64,000 bases of DNA from an uncultured Tenacibaculum sp. (GTDB taxonomy: Bacteria; Bacteroidota; Bacteroidia; Flavobacteriales; Flavobacteriaceae): positions 52,120 to 116,119 of the forward strand of contig CANMWK010000014.1 of the NCBI GenBank assembly GCA_947501615.1. The letters are read 5' to 3'. The position numbers and the translations under genes were made by a program. Below the pieces are notes generated by a model, which saw nothing but the letters and a program-made list of their open reading frames with translations, was not told where the DNA came from and did no database searches. Positions 47,987-56,770 of the stretch are shown piece by piece. Each line of letters opens with the position of its first letter. The first letter of the stretch is position 1.

Positions 47987-48365
47987 CAACTAAAAAAAAA
48001 CAATTTGTTAATTTTAAGTAAAATATAAGTTAAGTTCTATAGTAAATAGAAAAACATGTTAAAGCAAATTAGTAATCTAAAAAATAGTAATTAATGTAAT
48101 TTCTATGATATAAATCATGATGAAAATCAAATGTTTGTCAAGTTGAACATTATCAAATTCAAAAAATACTTTAAATGAAGATAGCTTATGAAGTAAGTCG
48201 AGACTATATTATTATTAGTAAAAACCACTTCTCGACTGCACTCTAAGTTACATTTACTAGTGGGATTATTTTTAAGTGTTTTATTTTTAATGCATTATGT
48301 TTTTCCTTAAGTCGAACTCACATTAATTAGATTTTGGGGATCATTAATACTATTATAATAAAAAA

Positions 48366-49905
48366 GACTTCAGTATAAACTGAAGTCCTTTTTGTCTAAC
48401 CAAACTTAGTATAAAAACTAACTACTACTATTTTTAACTACTTATTAATTATAAGTCTAGGGATTATAAACTATAATTGGGGATTATTATAATGTCTTTC
48501 TAATGAACTTATTTAAACAACTATGTTACTGTTCATTATTTAAGACACTATTTTTTTCAATTAGTCACAATATTTCATAAAAAAAAGACTTCAGTATAAA
48601 CTGAAGTCCTTTTTGTCTAACCAAACTTAGTATAAAAACTAACTACTACTATTTTTAACTACTTATTAATTATAAGTCTAGGGATTATAAACTATAATTG
48701 GGGATTATTATAATATCTTTCTAATGAACTTTTTTAAACAACTATGTTGCTGTTCATTATTTAAGACACATTTTTTTTTAATTAGTCACAATACTTCATA
48801 AAAAAAGACTTCAATATAGAACTGAAGCCCTTTTTGTCTAACCAAACTTAGTATAAAAACTAACTACTACTATTTTTAACTACTTATTAATTATAAGTCT
48901 AGGGATTATAAACTATAATTGAGGATTATTATAATGTCTTATGAACGTTTTAAACAACTATGTTGCTGTTCATTATTTAAGACACATTTTTTTTTAATTA
49001 GTCACAATATTTCATAAAAAAAGACTTCAATATAAAACTGAAGTCCTTTTTGTCTAACCAAACTTAGTATAAAAACTAACTACTACTATTTTTAACTATT
49101 TATATTTTTATAGTTCAGGGATTATAAACTATAATTGAGGATTACTATAATGTCTTATGAACGTTTTAAAAACTATGTTGCTATTCATTATTTAAGACAC
49201 TAATTTTTTCAATTAGTCACAATATTTTATAAAAAAAGACTTCAATATAAACTGAAGTCCTTTTTGTCTAACCAAACTTAGTATAAAAACTAACTACTAC
49301 TATTTTTAACTATTTATATATTTTATAGTTCAGGGATTATAAACTATAACTGAGGATTATTATAATGTCTTTCTAATGAACGTTTTTAAATAACTATATT
49401 ACTATTCATTATTTAAGACACTAATTTTTTCAACTAGTCACAATATTTCATAAAAAAAGACTTCAATATAAAACTGAAGTCCTTTTTGTCTAACCAAACT
49501 TAGTATAAAAACTAACTACTACTATTTTTAACTATTTATAAACTACTTTTTAAAGCAATTATTTTGGGATTATAAATATAATTTTGGGAATTATTATTGT
49601 CTTAATGAACGTTTTAATTACAACAGTTGTACTGTTACGTTATATAAGACACATAAAATTTATAGTGGTCACAATATTTCATAAAAAAAGACTTCAATAT
49701 AAAACTGAAGTCTTTTTTATCTAACCAAACTTTAGTATAAAAACTAACTACTACTATTTTTAATTATTTATAAACTACTTTTAAAAGCGGTTATTTTGGG
49801 ATTATAAATATAATTTTGGGAATTATTATATGTCTTAATGAACGTTTTAATTACAACAGTTGTACTGCTACGTTATATAAGACACATAAAATTTATAGTG
49901 GTCAC
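48366..49905. repeat. tandem array of seven 215-231 bp non-coding units, each with a terminator-type hairpin
   Basis: The hairpin GACTTCA(G/A)T..ACTGAAGTC starts at 48366, 48587, 48807, 49023, 49238, 49459 and 49690, giving periods of 221, 220, 216, 215, 221 and 231. Each hairpin is preceded by A7-8 and followed by C?T5. It is then followed by the near-invariant block GTCTAACCAAACTTAGTATAAAAACTAACTACTACTATTTTTAA. No ORF of 60 aa or more occurs in any frame between 47841 and 49937. Confidence 0.9.
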
Positions 49906-49906
49906 T

Positions 49907-49939
49907 AAAAAAAGAAAAACTCAATAATTATTGAGTTTT
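49907..49939 (-). terminator. terminator of the tpiA-prmA-clpS operon
   Basis: AAAACTCAATAATTATTGAGTTTT (49916-49939) is a perfect 24-nt palindrome overlapping the stop codon of the last ORF. A T-rich tract follows on the minus strand. Confidence 0.55.
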
Positions 49940-50219
49940 AATGAAGATATTTTCTTAAAATTATTCTATGTTCTGGAATAGACTTATCATAATTCAGAGC
50001 TAACAACTCTAGTATTTCAGGAGGGTGAACACCTATTGATTTTTTATTTAAAAATTTAGAGACATATAAATTGTACCCTTCTAATGTTTTTTCAAAAATT
50101 AAAAAATGTTGACTATTAAGTTCTGTGTATGCTATTGGGTTACCGGAAAATGACTCGGACTGATCTTTAAAAAAATCGGAAAAGTCATAATACTTGAATA
50201 CATTATCCATATTAAACAA
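49938..50219 (-). CDS. hypothetical protein
   Basis: 93-aa ORF overlapping the clpS stop by 8 nt. No family recognised. Confidence 0.45.
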   Translation of the reverse strand: MFNMDNVFKYYDFSDFFKDQSESFSGNPIAYTELNSQHFLIFEKTLEGYNLYVSKFLNKKSIGVHPPEILELLALNYDKSIPEHRIILRKYLH

Positions 50220-50493
50220 TCTCAGCAGACAAACCTAATTCTAGTAACCTTGAACATCTTGGCTCTAAGTCTTTATATTCACCTGTTTTTACAGCACACT
50301 TTCCTTTATAATGTACTAATATTGTACATTGTTCAGCTTGCTCTAATGTATGATCACAAACATCAATTAAGCTATCAATCACAAAATCAAATGTATTTAC
50401 ATCATCATTATATAAAATAATTTCATGTTTACTAGTTTCTTGAACCAATACATCTAAATCTTCTTGTATTTTTTCTATCGTACTCACCCTCAT
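50212..50493 (-). CDS. clpS: ATP-dependent Clp protease adaptor ClpS
   Basis: ILYNDDVNTFDFVIDSLIDVCDHTLEQAEQCTILVHYKGKCAVKTG is the ClpS core. The start is moved to the Met at 50493 (MRVSTIE...), which removes the overlap with prmA. Confidence 0.85.
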   Translation of the reverse strand: MRVSTIEKIQEDLDVLVQETSKHEIILYNDDVNTFDFVIDSLIDVCDHTLEQAEQCTILVHYKGKCAVKTGEYKDLEPRCSRLLELGLSAEIV

Positions 50494-50495
50494 AG

Positions 50496-51329
50496 TTACT
50501 TTACATATTTTAATGCTACCCAATTATTTCTATCAATAACATGATCTAAAGTCATACCATATTTCGAAACTTCAGCATCAATTATAGGTATATCTTCTTT
50601 ATAAAAACCACTTAAAAGTAATACTCCTTCGTCATTTATGCAATTTATATAGACATTCATATCATTAATCAGAATATTTCTGTTGATATTTGCTATAATA
50701 ATATCGTAACTTTTATTAATCAATAGACTTGCATCCCCTTCTAAAACTGTAATATTTTCACAAGAATTTCGCTCAACATTTTCTAAAGCATTCACATAAC
50801 ACCAATTGTCTATATCAATCGCATCTATAGGATTAGCACCTTTCATCTCAGCAAAAATTGCTAACACCCCTGTACCACAGCCCATATCTAGCACTTTTTT
50901 TCCTTTCACATCAATATTTATGAGATGTTGAATCATCATAAACGTTGTTTCATGATGACCTGTTCCAAAACTCATTTTTGGTTCTATGACTATATCATAT
51001 TCTAAATTTGGATTTTCATGAAATGGCGCTCTTATACTTACTTTATCTTCTACCTGAATGGGATTAAAGTGTTTTTCCCACTCTTCATTCCAATTTGTTT
51101 GTGCTACTTCTTTAAAGGAATATGAAATACTAAATTCAGGAGACCCTAAAATAAAAACCCCATCTAAAATATTTTCAGTCCAATCTTTCTTTTGAATATA
51201 AGCCAACAAGCCTGCTTCATTCTCAACAAAACTCTCAAAATTTCGCTCACCTAATTCGGCTATTAAAATTTCTATAGCCGGTTGTTTAGATGCAACTTCA
51301 AAAGCATATTCTATATATATATTATCCAA
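50496..51329 (-). CDS. prmA: ribosomal protein L11 methyltransferase
   Basis: 277 aa. SAM-binding VLDMGCGTGVLAI, FGTGHHETT and IIANI motifs. Confidence 0.9.
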   Translation of the reverse strand: MDNIYIEYAFEVASKQPAIEILIAELGERNFESFVENEAGLLAYIQKKDWTENILDGVFILGSPEFSISYSFKEVAQTNWNEEWEKHFNPIQVEDKVSIRAPFHENPNLEYDIVIEPKMSFGTGHHETTFMMIQHLINIDVKGKKVLDMGCGTGVLAIFAEMKGANPIDAIDIDNWCYVNALENVERNSCENITVLEGDASLLINKSYDIIIANINRNILINDMNVYINCINDEGVLLLSGFYKEDIPIIDAEVSKYGMTLDHVIDRNNWVALKYVK

Positions 51330-52088
51330 TTAAATCGATTTTACGATAGCTGAGAAGTCTTTAGCTTTTAAAGACGCTCCGCCAATTAAACCTCCATCAA
51401 CATCTGGTTTAGAAAAAATTTCTTCAGCATTATTCGGTTTTACACTACCTCCATATAGAATTGAGACACTATTCGCTAATTTTTCATCATAGTTTTTTGC
51501 CAAAATGCTTCTAATAAACTTATGCATTTCTTGAGCTTGATCTGCTGTTGCCGTTTGACCTGTTCCTATTGCCCAAACAGGTTCGTAAGCTAATATAATG
51601 TTCTTATATGCTTCTGATGATAATGCAAAAAGAGCTTCTTTCAACTGACTTTCCACTATTTCAAAATGTTTTTCATTTTGTCTATCTTCTAACTGTTCTC
51701 CAAAACAAAAGATCACATCTAGTCCACTACCAATTGCTGTATTCACTTTTTGCGCTAAAGCTTCATCTGTTTCATTAAAATAAGCTCTTCTTTCCGAATG
51801 TCCTAAAATAACAGTATTTACACCTATATCTAATAACATATCTACTGAAATCTCACCTGTAAAAGCTCCGTTAGTTGCTTGGTGTAAATTTTGAGCAGAC
51901 ACCTCTATGATACTATTTTCTGTTTTCTTTACAGTATGTTGTAAATTAACAAATGAAGGAGCAATGATAACTCTGGTATCAACTAACTTTAACCCTTTTA
52001 GTTCTTTTTTCAGTGACTTTAATAACTTTTTTGTCTCTCCAAGAGTGTTATTCATTTTCCAATTACCTGCTACAACTTTTTGTCTCAT
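51330..52088 (-). CDS. tpiA: triose-phosphate isomerase
   Basis: AGNWKMN, ILGHSERR, AYEPVWAIGTG, GGSV and GGASL motifs. Confidence 0.95.
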   Translation of the reverse strand: MRQKVVAGNWKMNNTLGETKKLLKSLKKELKGLKLVDTRVIIAPSFVNLQHTVKKTENSIIEVSAQNLHQATNGAFTGEISVDMLLDIGVNTVILGHSERRAYFNETDEALAQKVNTAIGSGLDVIFCFGEQLEDRQNEKHFEIVESQLKEALFALSSEAYKNIILAYEPVWAIGTGQTATADQAQEMHKFIRSILAKNYDEKLANSVSILYGGSVKPNNAEEIFSKPDVDGGLIGGASLKAKDFSAIVKSI

Positions 52089-52456
52089 TGTTTTATTCTA
52101 AAATACTTCATCAAGGAAGTTAGGTTACACTTATTTTATTGATTTCATGATTCATTAATACTATTAATAGAATCCTCACAAAATTACTTTTTTAATGACT
52201 AAGTTTAAAAGTTATTACTTTATTTTTTTACGAAATCGTAATATATATTTTAATACTAATAATGTGTATGTTATCTGTCTTTTTACTGAAATTCTATATC
52301 AATTTTAATAAACAGCCATGAGTTTGTAGTACAATAATTCTTTCTATTTTTAAAAGTCGTCTTTTTACTATTAGATTTTATCATTGCCTGTTAACTTAAA
52401 AAATCAATAACTAAATTAGAAATAGCATTTAAAATATTAGCGGAGAATAATAAACA

Positions 52457-52918
52457 TCATTTTAATTGATCGGAAACCTTGGATGTTTTAAATACTTCAA
52501 TGTTCCCATTTTCATCAATTTTCATAAATCTAGGAATGCCTTTTAATTTTAAAAACTTACCTAAACTACCTTCTCCTTTTTCAGGAATATAATAGAACTG
52601 ACCTTTAGGTTTAATATATTCTAATCCCCTTTTCCAATCATAATAAGAATGATCTACTGATAAAAACAAAAAACTAAATTCAGGATTTTCCTTTTGAAAC
52701 TGCAAGACATCGTCAAAACTATCTTGACTTACTGGACAATAACTAGCAAAAATTTGAGCAAAAATCTTTTTCCCTTTGTTTTTCTCTAACACTTGTTTTA
52801 ATGTTATAGAATCTCTATCCAATGTTAATAGGTTTTCATTCAAAGCAGCCTCAGTGAATAATTTTGGTGATGCACAACTTGACAGTGCTACAATTAGAAT
52901 TATGTAAAAAAACTTCAT
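52457..52918 (-). CDS. thioredoxin-fold (TlpA-like) lipoprotein
   Basis: Lipobox ALSSC. The thioredoxin-like region has a CPVS (CxxS) motif in IFASYCPVS, and GIPRF is near the C-terminus. Confidence 0.6.
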   Translation of the reverse strand: MKFFYIILIVALSSCASPKLFTEAALNENLLTLDRDSITLKQVLEKNKGKKIFAQIFASYCPVSQDSFDDVLQFQKENPEFSFLFLSVDHSYYDWKRGLEYIKPKGQFYYIPEKGEGSLGKFLKLKGIPRFMKIDENGNIEVFKTSKVSDQLK

Positions 52919-52919
52919 T

Positions 52920-53996
52920 TTAATTCAATTTTACTCTTGGGTCTAACCAAACATAAATTACATCAACAATAATATTAATAACAATAAAGATACTTGAAAT
53001 TATCAATACACTTCCCATAATTACGGGTAAATCTAAAGTATCTAAAGCATTAACAATTTCTTTACCTAAACCATTCCAATTAAAAATATACTCTATAAAT
53101 ACAGCGCCAGTTAACATAGAGGCAAACCATCCTGAAATAGCAGTCACTACAGGGTTTAATGAGTTTTTTAATGCATGTTTTTTTATTACCTTATATGTAG
53201 ACAATCCTTTAGCTCTAGCTGTTCTTATATAATCTTGATTTAAAGTTTCTAGTAACGAATTTCTCATTAATTGCGTAACTACTGCTAAAGGCCTTATTCC
53301 TAAAACCACTGCGGGTAACAGTAAATTTTTCCATTGTATGTAAACTCCTTCTCCAAAATCATCTACTTTATATAAACTTCCTGTCATTTCTAACCCTGTA
53401 TACTCATGAAGTACAAAGCCAAAAAGCCAGGCGACCAAAATAGCAGAAAAGAATGACGGTAAACTCATCCCCAACGTACTTATTACCGCAATCAATTTGT
53501 CAATTAACTTATTTTTGAAAATAGCAGAGAAAACTCCAAGAATAATCCCCAAAATTATAGCCAAAACAATTGCAAAAACAGCTAATACAATAGTATTCGG
53601 AAGTGTTTCTCGAATAACATTAGATACTTGTTTTCCATTCTTCTGAAAAGACTCTCTTAAATATGGATACTTTATAGCTATTTCATAATTAAATACAGAA
53701 AATAAGAGTGTTGCATTATATTTCCCAGAAAGTAAACTTGTATAATTCGTATCATTTTTACTGTGAAAAGATAATGGAGATAAATCATTTAAATAATACA
53801 AATACTGCGTAGTAACAGATTCATTGAATCCATATTTTTTCCTAATCACTTCTAACTGCTCACTATCTTCTCTTTGTCCCATCAACATTCTTGCTGGATC
53901 CCCAGGTAATACATTAAAAAGGAAAAAGACTACAGTTATAACACCAAAAAGTGTCGTAAAACCATATAATATTTTAGTTGTTATATACTGAAACAT
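52920..53996 (-). CDS. ABC transporter permease (DppB/OppB-like)
   Basis: N-terminal LPGDPARMLMG and the EAA-like loop YIRTARAKGLS...KHALKN. It has 6 TM segments. Confidence 0.8.
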   Translation of the reverse strand: MFQYITTKILYGFTTLFGVITVVFFLFNVLPGDPARMLMGQREDSEQLEVIRKKYGFNESVTTQYLYYLNDLSPLSFHSKNDTNYTSLLSGKYNATLLFSVFNYEIAIKYPYLRESFQKNGKQVSNVIRETLPNTIVLAVFAIVLAIILGIILGVFSAIFKNKLIDKLIAVISTLGMSLPSFFSAILVAWLFGFVLHEYTGLEMTGSLYKVDDFGEGVYIQWKNLLLPAVVLGIRPLAVVTQLMRNSLLETLNQDYIRTARAKGLSTYKVIKKHALKNSLNPVVTAISGWFASMLTGAVFIEYIFNWNGLGKEIVNALDTLDLPVIMGSVLIISSIFIVINIIVDVIYVWLDPRVKLN

Positions 53997-54060
53997 TTCA
54001 AAACAAAGATAACAGAAACTTTAAAATAGTTACTTTTGCGTAACTTTTTAAGACCAAAAA

Positions 54061-54879
54061 ATGACCACAAAACAATTAGTCGCTGAAATACAAGCAAAAA
54101 AATCGTTTTTATGCATTGGTTTAGATGTAGATTTATCAAAAGTTCCTAAACATCTATTAACTACCGAAGATCCTATTTTCGAATTTAACAAAGCAATTAT
54201 TGATGCTACTCATCATCTTTGCGTTGCATATAAACCTAACACTGCTTTTTATGAAGCTTATGGTATTAAAGGATGGAAATCATTAGAAAAGACTATCAAT
54301 TACTTAAATGAAAAGCACCCCAATATCTTCACTATAGCAGACGCTAAAAGAGGTGATATTGGTAATACTTCTAGCATGTATGCTAAAGCTTTTTTTGAAG
54401 ATCTATCTTTTGATTCTGTTACTGTTGCTCCTTACATGGGAAAAGATTCTGTTGAACCTTTTTTAGCATTTGAAGATAAACACACTATTGTATTGGCATT
54501 AACTTCCAATATGGGTGCTTTTGACTTTCAGACTCAAAAGATTGACACTAAAGAAGTTTATAAGCATGTTTTGGAAACTTCAAAAACATGGCAAAATGCT
54601 CATAATTTGATGTATGTTGTTGGAGCTACAAAGGCAGAGTATCTGAAAGATATTAGAAAAATTATTCCTAATAGCTTTTTACTAGTCCCTGGTGTAGGAG
54701 CACAAGGAGGAAATCTTCAAGAAGTTTGTAAATATGGAATGAACGATTCTATTGGCCTTTTAATAAACTCCTCAAGAGGAATTATCTATGCTGGAAAAGA
54801 TGAGAACTTTGCTGAAGCGGCAACTCTTAAGGCTCTAGAACTTCAACAACAAATGGAAAAAATCATCACGAATCTTTAA
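54061..54879 (+). CDS. pyrF: orotidine-5'-phosphate decarboxylase (type 2)
   Basis: 272 aa. [19 protein letters not shown] and VPGVGAQGG motifs. Confidence 0.9.
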   Translation: MTTKQLVAEIQAKKSFLCIGLDVDLSKVPKHLLTTEDPIFEFNKAIIDATHHLCVAYKPNTAFYEAYGIKGWKSLEKTINYLNEKHPNIFTIADAKRGDIGNTSSMYAKAFFEDLSFDSVTVAPYMGKDSVEPFLAFEDKHTIVLALTSNMGAFDFQTQKIDTKEVYKHVLETSKTWQNAHNLMYVVGATKAEYLKDIRKIIPNSFLLVPGVGAQGGNLQEVCKYGMNDSIGLLINSSRGIIYAGKDENFAEAATLKALELQQQMEKIITNL

Positions 54880-54888
54880 CAAAAAAAA

Positions 54889-54920
54889 GTCAAGGTTAAC
54901 AAAGCCTTGACTCATTTATT
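54889..54920 (+). terminator. terminator hairpin after pyrF
   Basis: AGTCAAGG (54889-54896) pairs with CCTTGACT (54905-54912), followed by a T-rich sequence. Confidence 0.5.
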
Positions 54921-55052
54921 TGATTGATTAATTCAAACAACTATACTTTAAACTAGTTGTTTCCTCAAAAATATACATATAAAAGTATCTTAGTTCAATT
55001 TTGATGTGGGTTACTTAATTTTTGAAGTAAACATAATGAAATCTATCTATCA

Positions 55053-55090
55053 TAAAAAAACGAGAAGTTTTACTAAGTAAAACTTCTCGT
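55053..55090 (-). terminator. rho-independent terminator of the susC-susD operon
   Basis: ACGAGAAGTTTTAC (55060-55073) pairs with GTAAAACTTCTCGT (55077-55090), a perfect 14-bp stem. A T7 run follows on the minus strand. Confidence 0.7.
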
Positions 55091-55117
55091 CATAATTACA
55101 ATTATAAAATTGTAGTT

Positions 55118-56755
55118 TTAGTTCTGATCTGCAGGTGTTATATCTGGATTTGCATCAATTTCAGCCTGAGGAATTTTAAATATCCAAGCGTTATTAATTG
55201 ACGGTCTATCAATTTGATAAGCATTTTGATATAATACTTGAGAAGCTCCAGAACCACCATTTGCAGCATGATCTATTCCTTCGTCCCAACGTATTTTATC
55301 TGTATATCCAAATCCTTCACCCCAAAGCTCTAAACGTCTTTGAAATTTAATATGATCCATTAAACTTGCCTGACTATTGTATACAGTAACATCATAAGCA
55401 CTATCTCTCTCTTCCCCTAAAGGTCTTAAAGCTGTTTGTGCTCCAGCGATGTCGTTTAACATTGCTTTAGCTTCTGCCTCTATTAAATACATTTCAGAAG
55501 ATCTCATATAAATTACATCATCTGGATCAATACTTCCCGGATTCTTATTTTTCATCTTAAAATGCATATAAGGATGCTGATTAAAAGCATTTGTAATCCC
55601 ATAAGTAGTATTAATTTCTGCCCTTTTAGCATCAAATGCTGCCTGACTAGTATAATTAGGATCATTACCAAAGCCTCCTTCACCATTTGCCGCAGAGCTG
55701 TTGGTATTTGGTGCATCTATAATAAACACATCCTTTCTGTAGTCTGTAGCAGGAATAGCATCTACCAATCTTCTATCTGCAATCTTTGGATTATTTCTAA
55801 TTTGTGATCCATTAAATGTGTTACTCATTAAATAAAAATACGAGCGGAAGAAAGTAGTCTCTGTTGCAATAACATTACTACCCCAAATTACTTCTGATAA
55901 ATTATTAGAGTTAAATCCAGACTTCCAATCTGCTTCATTCATTATAGGGAACCCTTGTCTAGCTAATACTGCTTCTGAAGCCGCAGTTGCCCAATCTCCT
56001 TTAGATAATGCCCAACGAGCCTTTAACCCATGAGCTACATTAACATTTAACTGCGACTTATCTTTTGCATTACCTGAAGGTCTTGGTGTAGCGCTGCCAA
56101 AAGCAGCTATTGCCGCATCTAAATCATTACCTATTTGGTTATAAATTTCTTCAACAGTAGCTCTTGGTCCTGTGGTTTGTGGAATCAATATTAAAGGTAC
56201 ACCTTTATCTGATGCAGGATTACCTATTAAATATCCTTTAGCATAATGCTGTATCAAAGATAAGTATGAGTATGCTCTATACGTATAGGCTTGTCCTTCT
56301 ATAGCTTTTAAATCAGGTGAATTAACTATAGTACCTTCATTAATTTTCTCAATGATAGAATTCGCATGTAGAATTGTATTATATCTATGATTCCATAAAA
56401 TTCTATTCGTCAAAGAAGTTGGAATCGTATGAGAATTCCACTGCATTTCGTCTCTCCACCCTAAGTTATTTGCATTTGCAGAATGAATTAAGTGCCCTGC
56501 TAAATTATCTCCTAAAGGTATCCAATAATGGTTTCCTGCTCTTTGTGTACCTGACCCAGGAAATATATTAACTAATTGCGAAAATAAACTTCTGTGTACT
56601 CCATTTAAAACTTTCTGCATATCTTCTACTGAAGATAAAGCTATTGTTGGTGTTACAGCATCAGTAGGTGTAGTTTCTAAAAAATCATCATCACATGATA
56701 TTACAATTAGAGACAAAACCACAACCTGCAACAATATTTTTGTTTTTTTAAACAT
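55118..56755 (-). CDS. susD: RagB/SusD family nutrient-uptake outer membrane lipoprotein
   Basis: Lipobox VISCDDDF. TPR-like SusD pattern (RAYSYLSLIQHYAKGY, MRSSEMYLIEAEA, ERRLELWGEGF-like). It sits directly downstream of susC. Confidence 0.85.
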   Translation of the reverse strand: MFKKTKILLQVVVLSLIVISCDDDFLETTPTDAVTPTIALSSVEDMQKVLNGVHRSLFSQLVNIFPGSGTQRAGNHYWIPLGDNLAGHLIHSANANNLGWRDEMQWNSHTIPTSLTNRILWNHRYNTILHANSIIEKINEGTIVNSPDLKAIEGQAYTYRAYSYLSLIQHYAKGYLIGNPASDKGVPLILIPQTTGPRATVEEIYNQIGNDLDAAIAAFGSATPRPSGNAKDKSQLNVNVAHGLKARWALSKGDWATAASEAVLARQGFPIMNEADWKSGFNSNNLSEVIWGSNVIATETTFFRSYFYLMSNTFNGSQIRNNPKIADRRLVDAIPATDYRKDVFIIDAPNTNSSAANGEGGFGNDPNYTSQAAFDAKRAEINTTYGITNAFNQHPYMHFKMKNKNPGSIDPDDVIYMRSSEMYLIEAEAKAMLNDIAGAQTALRPLGEERDSAYDVTVYNSQASLMDHIKFQRRLELWGEGFGYTDKIRWDEGIDHAANGGSGASQVLYQNAYQIDRPSINNAWIFKIPQAEIDANPDITPADQN

Positions 56756-56770
56756 AATCTTGTTATTTAA

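Noticed and set aside
48490-49200. Small peptide genes inside the repeat units. An example is ATG AAC TTA TTT AAA CAA CTA TGT..., giving MNLFKQLCYCSLFKTLFFSISHNIS in unit 1, with 25-27 aa versions in units 2-3.
   Set aside because: The frame is destroyed by a 1-nt deletion in unit 4 (it ends after 17 codons), and there is a stop after 5 codons in unit 5. Units 6-7 diverge. Nucleotide conservation without frame conservation argues against coding.
48366-49905. Whether the tandem array is a CRISPR array.
   Set aside because: The units are 215-231 bp and homologous along their whole length. There is no alternation of short (24-48 bp) identical repeats with unique spacers, and there are no cas genes in the window.
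48366-49905. Replication origin or iteron interpretation. This was prompted by the repeated TTAGTCACA / GTGGTCACA, which loosely resembles DnaA boxes, in AT-rich DNA.
   Set aside because: The boxes mismatch the TTATCCACA consensus at two positions. No dnaA, dnaN or rep gene is nearby. The unit length and embedded terminator hairpins are not typical of oriC or iterons. A near-consensus box (ATATCCACA at 18720-18728) elsewhere is a single occurrence.
52089-52456. 368-bp non-coding gap upstream of tpiA, examined for RNA genes or repeats.
   Set aside because: I found no convincing hairpins, repeats, conserved motifs or ORFs. It is most simply a promoter or spacer region.
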